From contig JBKEDG010000031.1 of NCBI GenBank assembly GCA_047975285.1, positions 268 through 64,267 of the forward strand: DNA of 64,000 bases, written 5' to 3'. This DNA is from Bacilli bacterium (GTDB taxonomy: Bacteria; Bacillota_I; Bacilli_A; JBKEDG01). The notes beneath the pieces are model-generated. The model ran no database searches and was not told the DNA's origin. It was given only the letters and a program-made list of their open reading frames with translations. Below, piece by piece: positions 12,951-21,648 of this stretch; the stretch's first letter is position 1; every line of letters begins with the position of its first letter. The position numbers and the translations under genes are program-made.

Positions 12951-14928
12951 TCAACTCTCCTTTTATGTACTCAACTAATTTTAATTTAACTAATTTTTTT
13001 CCTGTTGTTATAATAATAATATATTCTAATAATAACAATAATATCCAAATAATTATCGATGTTAAACTGTACATAAATAATAATAAAACCAATAGTACAC
13101 ACATATTAACAACCAAAAACTCTACCAATATATCTTTAAAAATTATTTTATTTTTGAATCCATATAACGAAGCAGTAATTATACTGGATTTATACTTAAT
13201 AAATAACAATTCAACATAAAGTAGTAACGTACATATTAAAATTATTACTCCAATGCTACAAGCTATAAGACTAGCTTTGACATCAATATTGGCATTATTA
13301 GACACTACCTCGTTCCCTGCTGACTTAACATCCGCTTTAACGTTTATATCATATTTACTGTAAACTTCCCTTAAAATATTTTGTGCCTTATAGCTAGAAT
13401 CCGCTTTAATATATAGATTTGATAAAAAATCGGGCTCATTACGAACATAAATTGCAAAGTTATTTAACTTCATATCTTCAATATCTAATACAAATGTATG
13501 GTAGTCTCTATTATCATCTAGAATTTGTATAAAACTTCCTTCATTATAATTATCGTATACAAAAATGTTTTTTTCAATATCAACACTTTTTTTCTTAAAT
13601 ATCAGATTTGTCGTGGTCAAATTATTTATTTCTTCATCACTTAGATTAGCATTTTCAAAAATACCATCTCTCATTTCCTGCATTTTCTCTTTACTTAATT
13701 TATTATTCAATATATGCTTTTCATATATTTTACTATAATTAATTTTTTTACCATTACTCAAAGTAATTTGAGGATTTCTTTTGAAAAAATTTTTATCAAC
13801 CTCAAGTACATATCCATATTTTTTTGTTTTTGAGAAATTATTCACTTCTTCAGTGTGTAAATTATAGTATTCGGCTAGATCATTTTCAATTAAATAGTTA
13901 AAAACTTTCTCATTCTCATCTACACTAATATTAGTATTATGTTTTGGCATATAATAGTTAGATAAGTATTCATTATTATTAGATAGGAGTGATTTAATTT
14001 CAATATTACTTAATACCGTGCTTGTTGCATCAATCACAAATAAAGAGATCACTATTAAAACAATGCTTGTTACGTAAACAATATTTTTAGAAATTAAACT
14101 TAACATTCTTTTACTAATACAAGTGTATACAAAAAATAGGATTATTGAACTTATTATCCATGACAAAATAACCATAATAAATGTAATAATTGCTACGTAT
14201 ATTGAATTCATTAAGGACTTAAATCCAACATAGGCGATTAATGGTGTTAATAGCATATAAACTAGATATATGTTTATAAAGATTTTTTTATTTGAATTGT
14301 ACCATATAGTATTAAACTTATATCCAAAAAGCGATTGCAATCTCACTTCTTTCAAATCTTTTATTATTTGTATTAGTGTTAGGGTAACAAAGCACATAAC
14401 AATTAACAAGAATATTTTTGCATACAAACTATAAACTTGTAAAAAATTGCTTATTTTCATATTTAAAGTAGTACTTTCACCAATATTATATTCAAGATCT
14501 ATCCCAATTTTATCTACTTCATTTATTAATTGCAAATTGTCTCTACTTTTAACTTGAATACCGTTATCAAAACTTATATTCTCTTTTTTTAACTCTAAAA
14601 ACTCAATACAATCAATAGTACAAACTTTATTATATTTATCAATAGAAGTTTTACCCTTATTATTAATATTATAATACTCAAATATTAATTTATTTTCAGT
14701 ATAATTATAAGTACTTATCATAGCATCATGTTCGTCAAGAGTATTTATAAATTCATCTTTATTATCTGCAATATTAGTACCCGATCCACTACTTGGATAA
14801 AATGTGACTGAATCAATCCCTGATTTTTCTAAAAATTCATAAATATATAAATCATTAATAACTCTCGTAAATGCAAAAGCACTTACAAGAGTTAAAAAAA
14901 TTATAAATACAAAATATTTTTTTTTCAT
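12940..14928 (-). CDS. Bacteriocin-associated integral membrane protein (DUF1430 / FtsX-like permease)
   Basis: 662 aa with an N-terminal signal/TM, a large extracytoplasmic domain and C-terminal TM bundles. This architecture is the one paired with an ABC ATPase downstream of lactococcin-972-family genes. Confidence 0.65.
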   Translation of the reverse strand: MKKKYFVFIIFLTLVSAFAFTRVINDLYIYEFLEKSGIDSVTFYPSSGSGTNIADNKDEFINTLDEHDAMISTYNYTENKLIFEYYNINNKGKTSIDKYNKVCTIDCIEFLELKKENISFDNGIQVKSRDNLQLINEVDKIGIDLEYNIGESTTLNMKISNFLQVYSLYAKIFLLIVMCFVTLTLIQIIKDLKEVRLQSLFGYKFNTIWYNSNKKIFINIYLVYMLLTPLIAYVGFKSLMNSIYVAIITFIMVILSWIISSIILFFVYTCISKRMLSLISKNIVYVTSIVLIVISLFVIDATSTVLSNIEIKSLLSNNNEYLSNYYMPKHNTNISVDENEKVFNYLIENDLAEYYNLHTEEVNNFSKTKKYGYVLEVDKNFFKRNPQITLSNGKKINYSKIYEKHILNNKLSKEKMQEMRDGIFENANLSDEEINNLTTTNLIFKKKSVDIEKNIFVYDNYNEGSFIQILDDNRDYHTFVLDIEDMKLNNFAIYVRNEPDFLSNLYIKADSSYKAQNILREVYSKYDINVKADVKSAGNEVVSNNANIDVKASLIACSIGVIILICTLLLYVELLFIKYKSSIITASLYGFKNKIIFKDILVEFLVVNMCVLLVLLLFMYSLTSIIIWILLLLLEYIIIITTGKKLVKLKLVEYIKGELNGY

Positions 14929-14954
14929 GTTAACTCCTATTGTTACATTTTATT

Positions 14955-15269
14955 TTAATATTTACTAGCACCATGCCAATGGTCTTTACATGATGCATTA
15001 TAACCATAATATCTATATGATTTTGCAATAGCTACTCCACCTATTCTACTATTATATCTCCATATCGCATCACCAGCACAAGCCTTAGCAGAAACTTGCG
15101 CTCCACTATTTCTATATGAAGCCGCAGATAATACATAACCATTGCTATCACTATACCTTAAATATGCATGAGAATTATTCGTATAATAATTATACGCAGA
15201 AATCCCCTTACCTGATGATACTAAAACAATGATACATAAAATTAATAAACTAAATATTCTTTTTATAAT
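14955..15269 (-). CDS. Lactococcin-972-family secreted bacteriocin precursor with a non-ATG start; not in the ORF track
   Basis: Manual minus-strand translation gives about 104 aa with no internal stops. It has a signal peptide (KRIFSLLILCIIVLVSSGKGISA) and an aromatic/Gly-rich mature region with 2 Cys, ending ...HWHGASKY*. The RBS AAAGGGG lies 5-7 nt before an in-frame ATT/ATA, and there is no ATG/GTG/TTG after the upstream stop. It sits immediately upstream of the DUF1430 and ABC genes. Confidence 0.55.
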   Translation of the reverse strand: MIKRIFSLLILCIIVLVSSGKGISAYNYYTNNSHAYLRYSDSNGYVLSAASYRNSGAQVSAKACAGDAIWRYNSRIGGVAIAKSYRYYGYNASCKDHWHGASKY

Positions 15270-15466
15270 TTCACCCCTTTATAATATTATATTATACAAG
15301 AGTCAATTATTTATCTTTGCTTTTTAATTTTTGTGCTTGTAATAATATAGAAATTAAGTTTATAGCACAAACTTATACTAACATCCCATCTTTTCCCACA
15401 TTCTTTTAATCAACTACTCTAAAAAAATTCAAGTTACTATCATTTAAAATACAAATGTAAAATAAA

Positions 15467-15895
15467 TTATCTACGTAATAAGTTTTTTTTAATTCTATCT
15501 ATAATTTTTTTACTATCACTAATTCCTTTATCACTAGTAACAGCAATTTCGACTCCGTAGTCAATAAAACTATTAACCATTGCAAAATCCATATTAGTCC
15601 TAGAAGTTGAATTGTTAATAAGAATTTTCTTATCTTGAATTGAATTAATGATTTTATCGTGTAAACTAGGATTGTTAGTACACAGAAAAATCAGGTCAAC
15701 ATCAGTTAAAAACTCACTACTATATTCTGATTTCACTAGTTCTACATCTAAAATTTCAAACTCTTTAGCAAAGTCTAAACTAACTACTTTAATTTTATTA
15801 GTATAATTTAATAACTTCTTTGCTTTTCTAAACCCAACTTTCCCCCCACCTACTATTAAAATATTTTTATTTTCTAAACTTAAATTAACAAGCAT
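15467..15895 (-). CDS. sirC: Precorrin-2 dehydrogenase / siroheme synthase NAD-binding domain (SirC / CysG N-terminal-like)
   Basis: 142 aa with the Rossmann motif IVGGGKVGFRKAKKL typical of the family. Confidence 0.75.
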   Translation of the reverse strand: MLVNLSLENKNILIVGGGKVGFRKAKKLLNYTNKIKVVSLDFAKEFEILDVELVKSEYSSEFLTDVDLIFLCTNNPSLHDKIINSIQDKKILINNSTSRTNMDFAMVNSFIDYGVEIAVTSDKGISDSKKIIDRIKKNLLRR

Positions 15896-16877
15896 TTTTT
15901 GTTTCCATTAAATACTTAGCTACATCTAGTGCAAAATAGGTAATAATGATTGAAGCTCCTGCTCTTTTAAACGCATACATTGTTTCTAAAACGATTGCCT
16001 TTTCATCAATCATTTTTGCTTTTGAAGCTGCTTTTATCATTGAATATTCCCCAGAAACATTATAAACTGCTACTGGTACATTAGTAGTTTGTTTTACCTT
16101 AGAAACAATATCTAAATATGCAAGCGCAGGCTTAATAATTACAATATCTGCTCCTTCATTAATATCATTTACTGTTTCTTCAACACCTAGAAAACTATTT
16201 CTATAATCCATTTGATAGTACTTACGATCTCCAAATTCAGGTGCACTATTAGCAGCTTCTCTAAATGGTCCATAGTAACTAGAAGCATACTTAGCGCTGT
16301 ATGACATAATTGGAGTATACTTAAAACCATTTTCGTCTAAACAGTTTCTAATTGTAAAAACATCTCCATCACTCATATCACTTGGAGCAACCATATCAGC
16401 ACCAGCCTTTACATGTGAAAGGGCAATCTTTGCAAGCATCTCTACTGTAGCATCGTTATCGATTCGATTATTTTCTAGCACTCCACAATGGCCATGATCA
16501 GTATATTCACACATACATACATCAGTAACAATAAATAACTTAGGCATCTTACTTTTAAGGTATTTAATGGCTTTTTGAATAACTCCATCTTTATTAAATG
16601 ATTCACTTCCTATTTCATCCTTATGAGCAGGAATGCCAAATAAAATAATCTTATTTATACTTGTATCTTGTAATTTATTTACTAAAATATCAAGTTTATC
16701 AACACTGTAATGGTACTGATTAGGCATTGAAGATATCTCATTATAGATTTCACTACCTTCAACAACAAAAACAGGGTAAATTAAATCATTCTTACATAAA
16801 TGTACATCTCTTACTAATTCCCTCATATCTTGACTAATTCTATTTCTTTTAAATCTTTTATACATTATTTTTCTCAC
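15885..16877 (-). CDS. hemB: Porphobilinogen synthase (delta-aminolevulinate dehydratase)
   Basis: 330 aa with conserved HemB active-site regions. Confidence 0.9.
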   Translation of the reverse strand: MRKIMYKRFKRNRISQDMRELVRDVHLCKNDLIYPVFVVEGSEIYNEISSMPNQYHYSVDKLDILVNKLQDTSINKIILFGIPAHKDEIGSESFNKDGVIQKAIKYLKSKMPKLFIVTDVCMCEYTDHGHCGVLENNRIDNDATVEMLAKIALSHVKAGADMVAPSDMSDGDVFTIRNCLDENGFKYTPIMSYSAKYASSYYGPFREAANSAPEFGDRKYYQMDYRNSFLGVEETVNDINEGADIVIIKPALAYLDIVSKVKQTTNVPVAVYNVSGEYSMIKAASKAKMIDEKAIVLETMYAFKRAGASIIITYFALDVAKYLMETKNAC

Positions 16878-19224
16878 TTTCTAAGTTATAATAATCTTTA
16901 ATTGCACTTATTAGTCCCTCTTGCGTTGAAACCTTTGCTTTAATATCAACATCTATTCCATTATCATTTAATACTTTACTTGTATATTCTCCAATAGAAG
17001 CAATCTTTTTTGAATGTAAAATATCTCTTTTATACTTAATATTTTCTAAAAATGATTCTATACCACTTGCACTAAAGAAACAAATTACATTTGATTTGTT
17101 AATTTGTGCTTTTAAACTGTTATAATCACATTCAACCATTCTTGTATCATAAGTTACATAGTGCATCAATTTATTATTTACTCTTCTATTCCATTTGTTA
17201 ATATCTAATCTAGTTTGCTTTGACCCAACTATTAAAATAGAACTATTTTTATAATTATTAACTGTTATTTCTAAAAGTTGCTCCATATTATAAACTTTTG
17301 GAACTATCAATACTTCTACCCCATAATTTTCAAGTACCTGTTTTGTTTTAATCCCAACTGCACCAATCACCTTATTTTCAAAATTAAAATTTGGTTGAAG
17401 TCTTAAAAAATGATTAACTCCATTTACAGAATTAAACAATATGATATCATAACCTAAATCATCTTGTAAGTTACTCACTTCACATATTTCAATTTGTGGT
17501 GCTGATAAGCAAGAAAACTTATAATTATTAGCAACTTCTTCAAAATTTTTAAAATGTTTTGATTCTCTTGTAGATAATAGCGTAAGTTGTCGATCTTTAT
17601 TAAACCATTCTCCTTTTTTATTTAATGCCACAGTATCACCAACTATAATTATTGCAGGAGCCTTAATTTTAGTAGTAACATCTGAATTTAAAACTTCACA
17701 AAATGTTGATATCACAACTCGTTGATCACTTGTAGTAGCATTTTCAACAAAAGCAATTTGCTCATTCTCATTTTTACCATTTATCATTAAATTTTTTACT
17801 ATTTCCTTAACATTTCTTATTGCCATAAAAAATATTAGTGTCCCATCTAATTTAACTATCTGCTTATAATCTAAATTACACTCATTATTTTTACCATGAC
17901 CTGAAAAAATGTGTATGTCACTTGAAGTATTCCTATCTGTTAATGGTATTCCACTATAAGCACTTGCTCCAATAAAACTTGAAATCCCTGGAACAATTTC
18001 ATAATTAATATTATATTTTTTTATTGCTAATATTTCTTCAAACCCTCGTCCAAAAATAAACGGATCTCCACTTTTTAATCTAACTATAATTTTATAATCA
18101 AATGCTGCATTAATAATTTGTTCATTAATTAATTTTTGAGATAATCCTTTTTCATGATTATCTTTTCCTACATAGACTAATTTACATGAAGGTTTGATGT
18201 TATCAAGAATTTCATCGCTAACTAAACGATCATATAAGATACAATCTGCTTGAGTAATCAATCTGTGTGCTTTGAGTGTTAATAATTCATAGTTTCCAGG
18301 ACCTGCGCCCACCAAATATACTGTGCCTTTTTCACTACAATACTGATTTTTAATTTGATTTGAAAGCCGATAAGCAACTGCTTCTCCTTCATACTTGAAC
18401 CCTTCAACATAACCATCATACCTAACTCCATTATAAAAATACATCCCTCTAAATAAAATTCGATCCCGATTAATAATAGCATTACATCCCATTGGCACAC
18501 TACATCCACCATCAAAAATTTTTGAAAATGTACGCTCTACCTCTGCCTTTATAACCGTATCTTCATCAGTAATTTTTTCGAGTATTTCCATAATATACTT
18601 ATCTTTTTTTCTAGTTTCCAAACATAGAATTCCTTGTCCACTTGCTGATATCAGTTCATCATCATTAAAAAACTGCTTCAAGTATTGACAATTATTAGTT
18701 CTTTTAAGTCCTGCTGCTGCTAAAATTATCGCATCATACTCACCACCAAGCATTTTATTAATCCTAGTTTCAATATTCCCTCTTATTATCTTATATTCAA
18801 GATCAGGACGCAACTTTCTTAATTGCAGTTCTCTTCTTATTGAACTAGTTCCCACAATAGAATTTTTTGGAAGTTCATCAATGCAATTATATTTATCACT
18901 AACAAAAACATCCCGTTCATCTTCTTTATCAACATACGTAATTATCAGTTTTGAATTAAAATCTGTTGGCATATCTTTTAATGAGTGCACTGCTATATCA
19001 ATCTCATTATTTAAAAGTGCCTTTTCAAGTTCACTTGTAAAAAGCCCCTTCAGTGATTCATTTGATGACTTCCAATTTATATCTAATCTTCTATCTCCTT
19101 TAGTAGAAATCGGTATAATCTCAATTTCTATATTATTAGAAACTGCTAAGATTTTTTCCTTAATAATATTAGATTGTGTCATTGCTAAATTACTTTTTCT
19201 TGAACCAATCAAAATTTTTTTCAT
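16858..19224 (-). CDS. Trifunctional fusion: porphobilinogen deaminase (HemC) + uroporphyrinogen-III C-methyltransferase (CobA/SUMT) + uroporphyrinogen-III synthase (HemD)
   Basis: 788 aa. The N-terminal ~300 aa are HemC-like, the middle has the SUMT motif VYLVGAGPG, and the C-terminal ~240 aa are HemD-like. Confidence 0.8.
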   Translation of the reverse strand: MKKILIGSRKSNLAMTQSNIIKEKILAVSNNIEIEIIPISTKGDRRLDINWKSSNESLKGLFTSELEKALLNNEIDIAVHSLKDMPTDFNSKLIITYVDKEDERDVFVSDKYNCIDELPKNSIVGTSSIRRELQLRKLRPDLEYKIIRGNIETRINKMLGGEYDAIILAAAGLKRTNNCQYLKQFFNDDELISASGQGILCLETRKKDKYIMEILEKITDEDTVIKAEVERTFSKIFDGGCSVPMGCNAIINRDRILFRGMYFYNGVRYDGYVEGFKYEGEAVAYRLSNQIKNQYCSEKGTVYLVGAGPGNYELLTLKAHRLITQADCILYDRLVSDEILDNIKPSCKLVYVGKDNHEKGLSQKLINEQIINAAFDYKIIVRLKSGDPFIFGRGFEEILAIKKYNINYEIVPGISSFIGASAYSGIPLTDRNTSSDIHIFSGHGKNNECNLDYKQIVKLDGTLIFFMAIRNVKEIVKNLMINGKNENEQIAFVENATTSDQRVVISTFCEVLNSDVTTKIKAPAIIIVGDTVALNKKGEWFNKDRQLTLLSTRESKHFKNFEEVANNYKFSCLSAPQIEICEVSNLQDDLGYDIILFNSVNGVNHFLRLQPNFNFENKVIGAVGIKTKQVLENYGVEVLIVPKVYNMEQLLEITVNNYKNSSILIVGSKQTRLDINKWNRRVNNKLMHYVTYDTRMVECDYNSLKAQINKSNVICFFSASGIESFLENIKYKRDILHSKKIASIGEYTSKVLNDNGIDVDIKAKVSTQEGLISAIKDYYNLESEKNNV

Positions 19225-19333
19225 TCTTTACCTCCTCCGTCTTTTTTTATTATATCATACAGTTTACATTTTATTTAGAACTATTAAAAAAAACTAACCT
19301 AATTGAGGTTTTTATGCTATAATAATATTACTA

Positions 19334-19409
19334 GCACTCATAGCTTAGTTGGATAAAGCCTCAGATTCCGATTCTGAAGACTAAGGTTCGAGTCCTTATG
19401 AGTGCGCCA
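19334..19409 (+). tRNA. tRNA-Arg (anticodon CCG)
   Basis: 76-nt cloverleaf: acceptor GCACTCA/TGAGTGC, D-arm GCTT-AGTTGGATA-AAGC, anticodon stem TCAGA/TCTGA with loop TTCCGAT, T-arm TAAGG-TTCGAGT-CCTTA, encoded CCA. Confidence 0.85.
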
Positions 19410-19426
19410 TTTTAAAGGAGATAATT

Positions 19427-20134
19427 ATGATAGATATTAAAGAAAAACTTAACACATCAGGAATTTTAGCGGGAATAGTATCCTTGATAATTCCATTTTA
19501 TGGTCCAATTAAGACATTCATGACTTTTAAAACCCTTAAAAAGAATAATGCACCCTCAGTTCTTCCGCTGATATGTGCTATTGCATACATTGCACTACCA
19601 TTATTTGCTTTTTTTGTATTGATATTATCATTTGCATCAGTGCTCGCTTATATTAGCAATTCAGCATATTACTATGATTTTAGTTATTTTGATTATTTTG
19701 GTGCCTTCTTTTTAATAATACCTGTATGTTTAATTTCATTTTATACAATTGGTATCATCACTGGAGTTAAATTAAAAAAGTTCCTTGACTCAGAAGAAAG
19801 TACTAATATTTCAAGTAAAGACCGCTTTGATATTGCTAAAGTTGCTGGAATATACTTATATTTTATTCCATTTTATGTAGTTATAAAAGTATTTACATCA
19901 CTTGAAACGCTTAATCAAATTGACACGTCAATAAAGAGTTTATCTCTTGCATTGATAATACTTATTATTTCTTCATACTTAATTCTGTTTATTCCTTTTT
20001 TACAAGTATTTGTATTTTTTATTAATTTAGCTATTTTTATTATACAAATAATTCTTATAGTGAAACTAAATGGTAGTATTAATACTATTACTTTAGAACA
20101 TGGTGATAACTCAGAGCAATTTACATCATACTAA
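19427..20134 (+). CDS. Polytopic membrane protein with an internal duplication, unknown function
   Basis: 235 aa and hydrophobic. The two halves share a ...IPFYGPIKTF / IPFYVVIKVF pattern. A terminator hairpin lies at 20165..20195. Confidence 0.45.
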   Translation: MIDIKEKLNTSGILAGIVSLIIPFYGPIKTFMTFKTLKKNNAPSVLPLICAIAYIALPLFAFFVLILSFASVLAYISNSAYYYDFSYFDYFGAFFLIIPVCLISFYTIGIITGVKLKKFLDSEESTNISSKDRFDIAKVAGIYLYFIPFYVVIKVFTSLETLNQIDTSIKSLSLALIILIISSYLILFIPFLQVFVFFINLAIFIIQIILIVKLNGSINTITLEHGDNSEQFTSY

Positions 20135-20220
20135 TTCATAATCGTTATATATACAAAACTAAAAGTAGATAATTAATAATCAATCTACTTTTCTTATACT
20201 TAAAATTTTTTCATTAAAAA

Positions 20221-20254
20221 TATAGCTAAAGTCTTTTAAACTTTTAGCTATATT
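20221..20254 (-). terminator. Rho-independent terminator downstream of the 20266..20724 gene
   Basis: Inverted repeat TATAGCTAAAGT...ACTTTAGCTATA with a T-run on the minus strand. Confidence 0.5.
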
Positions 20255-20265
20255 TTTATATCTCT

Positions 20266-20724
20266 TTACTTAATTAATGGGTAAATTTCACTTTCAAAGT
20301 AACTAAGTTCAATTAAAAATCCATCTTCTGAATCATTAATTGCAAGCACTTTTATTCCTGATAATAATTCTTTGTTATTTAACTGTAAACTTATTTCATT
20401 TTTATTAAAGAACTCATTATCTTCAAATTCTAGTTCATCATTTTCAAACTTGTATTCTTCATCAAAGTAATATTCTTCTATTTGCTCACTGTTAACATAC
20501 TCAACGTTGTTATAAGTATAAATATTTAAATTGTAATCTTGATTAAAGTTAGTTTCAAGTTCTCTTATTGCAACACTTGCACTACTTGATGCATCTTGAT
20601 TACTTGATGAACCATTACTATTATCACTACTTGAATTTCCATTTGAATTACTTTGTCCACACCCTGTAAGCACGGTAAGTAATACGACCCCTATAAATAT
20701 TTTTTTCATTTTTTTATCCTCCAA
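20266..20724 (-). CDS. Secreted lipoprotein, paralog A of a tandem pair with a shared acidic C-terminal domain
   Basis: Lipobox LTGCGQ, an S/N-rich linker, and a C-terminal ~85 aa domain about 70% identical to the C-terminus of the adjacent gene. Confidence 0.6.
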   Translation of the reverse strand: MEDKKMKKIFIGVVLLTVLTGCGQSNSNGNSSSDNSNGSSSNQDASSSASVAIRELETNFNQDYNLNIYTYNNVEYVNSEQIEEYYFDEEYKFENDELEFEDNEFFNKNEISLQLNNKELLSGIKVLAINDSEDGFLIELSYFESEIYPLIK

Positions 20725-20783
20725 TTAATATATATATACACTTGAATTGATATAACTCAAGATATATAACTTTCCAAACACAT

Positions 20784-21368
20784 TTACCTAATTAAAGGGT
20801 AAATTTCCTTTTCAAAATAACTTAACTCCATTAAGTATTCATCATTATTTCCATCTATATCTACTACTTTTATTCCAGATAAAATAGTTCTATTATTTAT
20901 TTCCATACTAATTTCGCCTGTATTCAAATAATCGTTATCTTCAAATTCTAATTCGTCATTTTCAAACTTATATTCTTCATCAAAATAATATTCCTCAATT
21001 TCTTCACTATTCACATATTGAATGTTATTGTATGTATATACTTTAAGATGATAATATTTATTGTAAGTTGAATTACTATTTATCAATCCAACATTTGTAC
21101 TTCTAGTAGAAATATTATTTGAATTCCGATAATGGTTGCTACGATCATTGTCATGGTCATAACTGCTATGATCGTTGTCGTCATGATCATAATCGTTATA
21201 ATCATAGTCTTCGTAATCATTATCATTATAATTGTAATAATTTTCTCTCATATTATCACTGTGTCTATTGCTACCATAATTGTTACTTGGTGTTCTTCTA
21301 AAACTAGAAAAACCCCAACCAGCAAATAATATAAGAACTAACACAGCAGCAACTATCTTCTTAATCAT
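20784..21368 (-). CDS. Secreted/membrane-anchored protein, paralog B, with an N/D/Y/H-rich low-complexity region
   Basis: N-terminal TM/signal, a 60-aa D/N/Y/H repeat region (e.g. DYDYNDYDHDDNDH), and a C-terminal domain shared with 20266..20724. Confidence 0.6.
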   Translation of the reverse strand: MIKKIVAAVLVLILFAGWGFSSFRRTPSNNYGSNRHSDNMRENYYNYNDNDYEDYDYNDYDHDDNDHSSYDHDNDRSNHYRNSNNISTRSTNVGLINSNSTYNKYYHLKVYTYNNIQYVNSEEIEEYYFDEEYKFENDELEFEDNDYLNTGEISMEINNRTILSGIKVVDIDGNNDEYLMELSYFEKEIYPLIR

Positions 21369-21384
21369 ATTTTACCTCCATTCC

Positions 21385-21648
21385 TTAATCAAAAATACTT
21401 TCTGATTTTTTTTCTTCATACTCTGCTTCTCTAATTTCATCTTCTTCTGGTTTTACTGGAATGAGTAGTGCAGCAATTAAATATATTATAACTAGTGAGA
21501 ATGTACTTATGAAAAAGAATGGTAACAACGCCATTATAACATATATAATTCTTAAAAGCGATACATCCACATTAAAATAATTACTTAGACCCGCTAAAAC
21601 TCCTAAAACCTTTTTATTTTCTATATCTCTGTACAATTTTTTATTCAT
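21385..21648 (-). CDS. PspC-domain membrane protein
   Basis: Motif VLGVLAGLSNYFNVDVSLLRIIYVI = PspC domain. The start was chosen at MNKKLY to abut the upstream gene; the ORF-track start at 21747 overlaps it. Confidence 0.6.
   Translation of the reverse strand: MNKKLYRDIENKKVLGVLAGLSNYFNVDVSLLRIIYVIMALLPFFFISTFSLVIIYLIAALLIPVKPEEDEIREAEYEEKKSESIFD

Noticed and set aside
21119-21329. Two plus-strand ORFs (60 and 65 aa) rich in H/N/C/Y or I/V.
   Set aside because: They are antisense translations of the D/N/Y/H low-complexity repeat in the 20784..21368 gene, so they are not independent genes.
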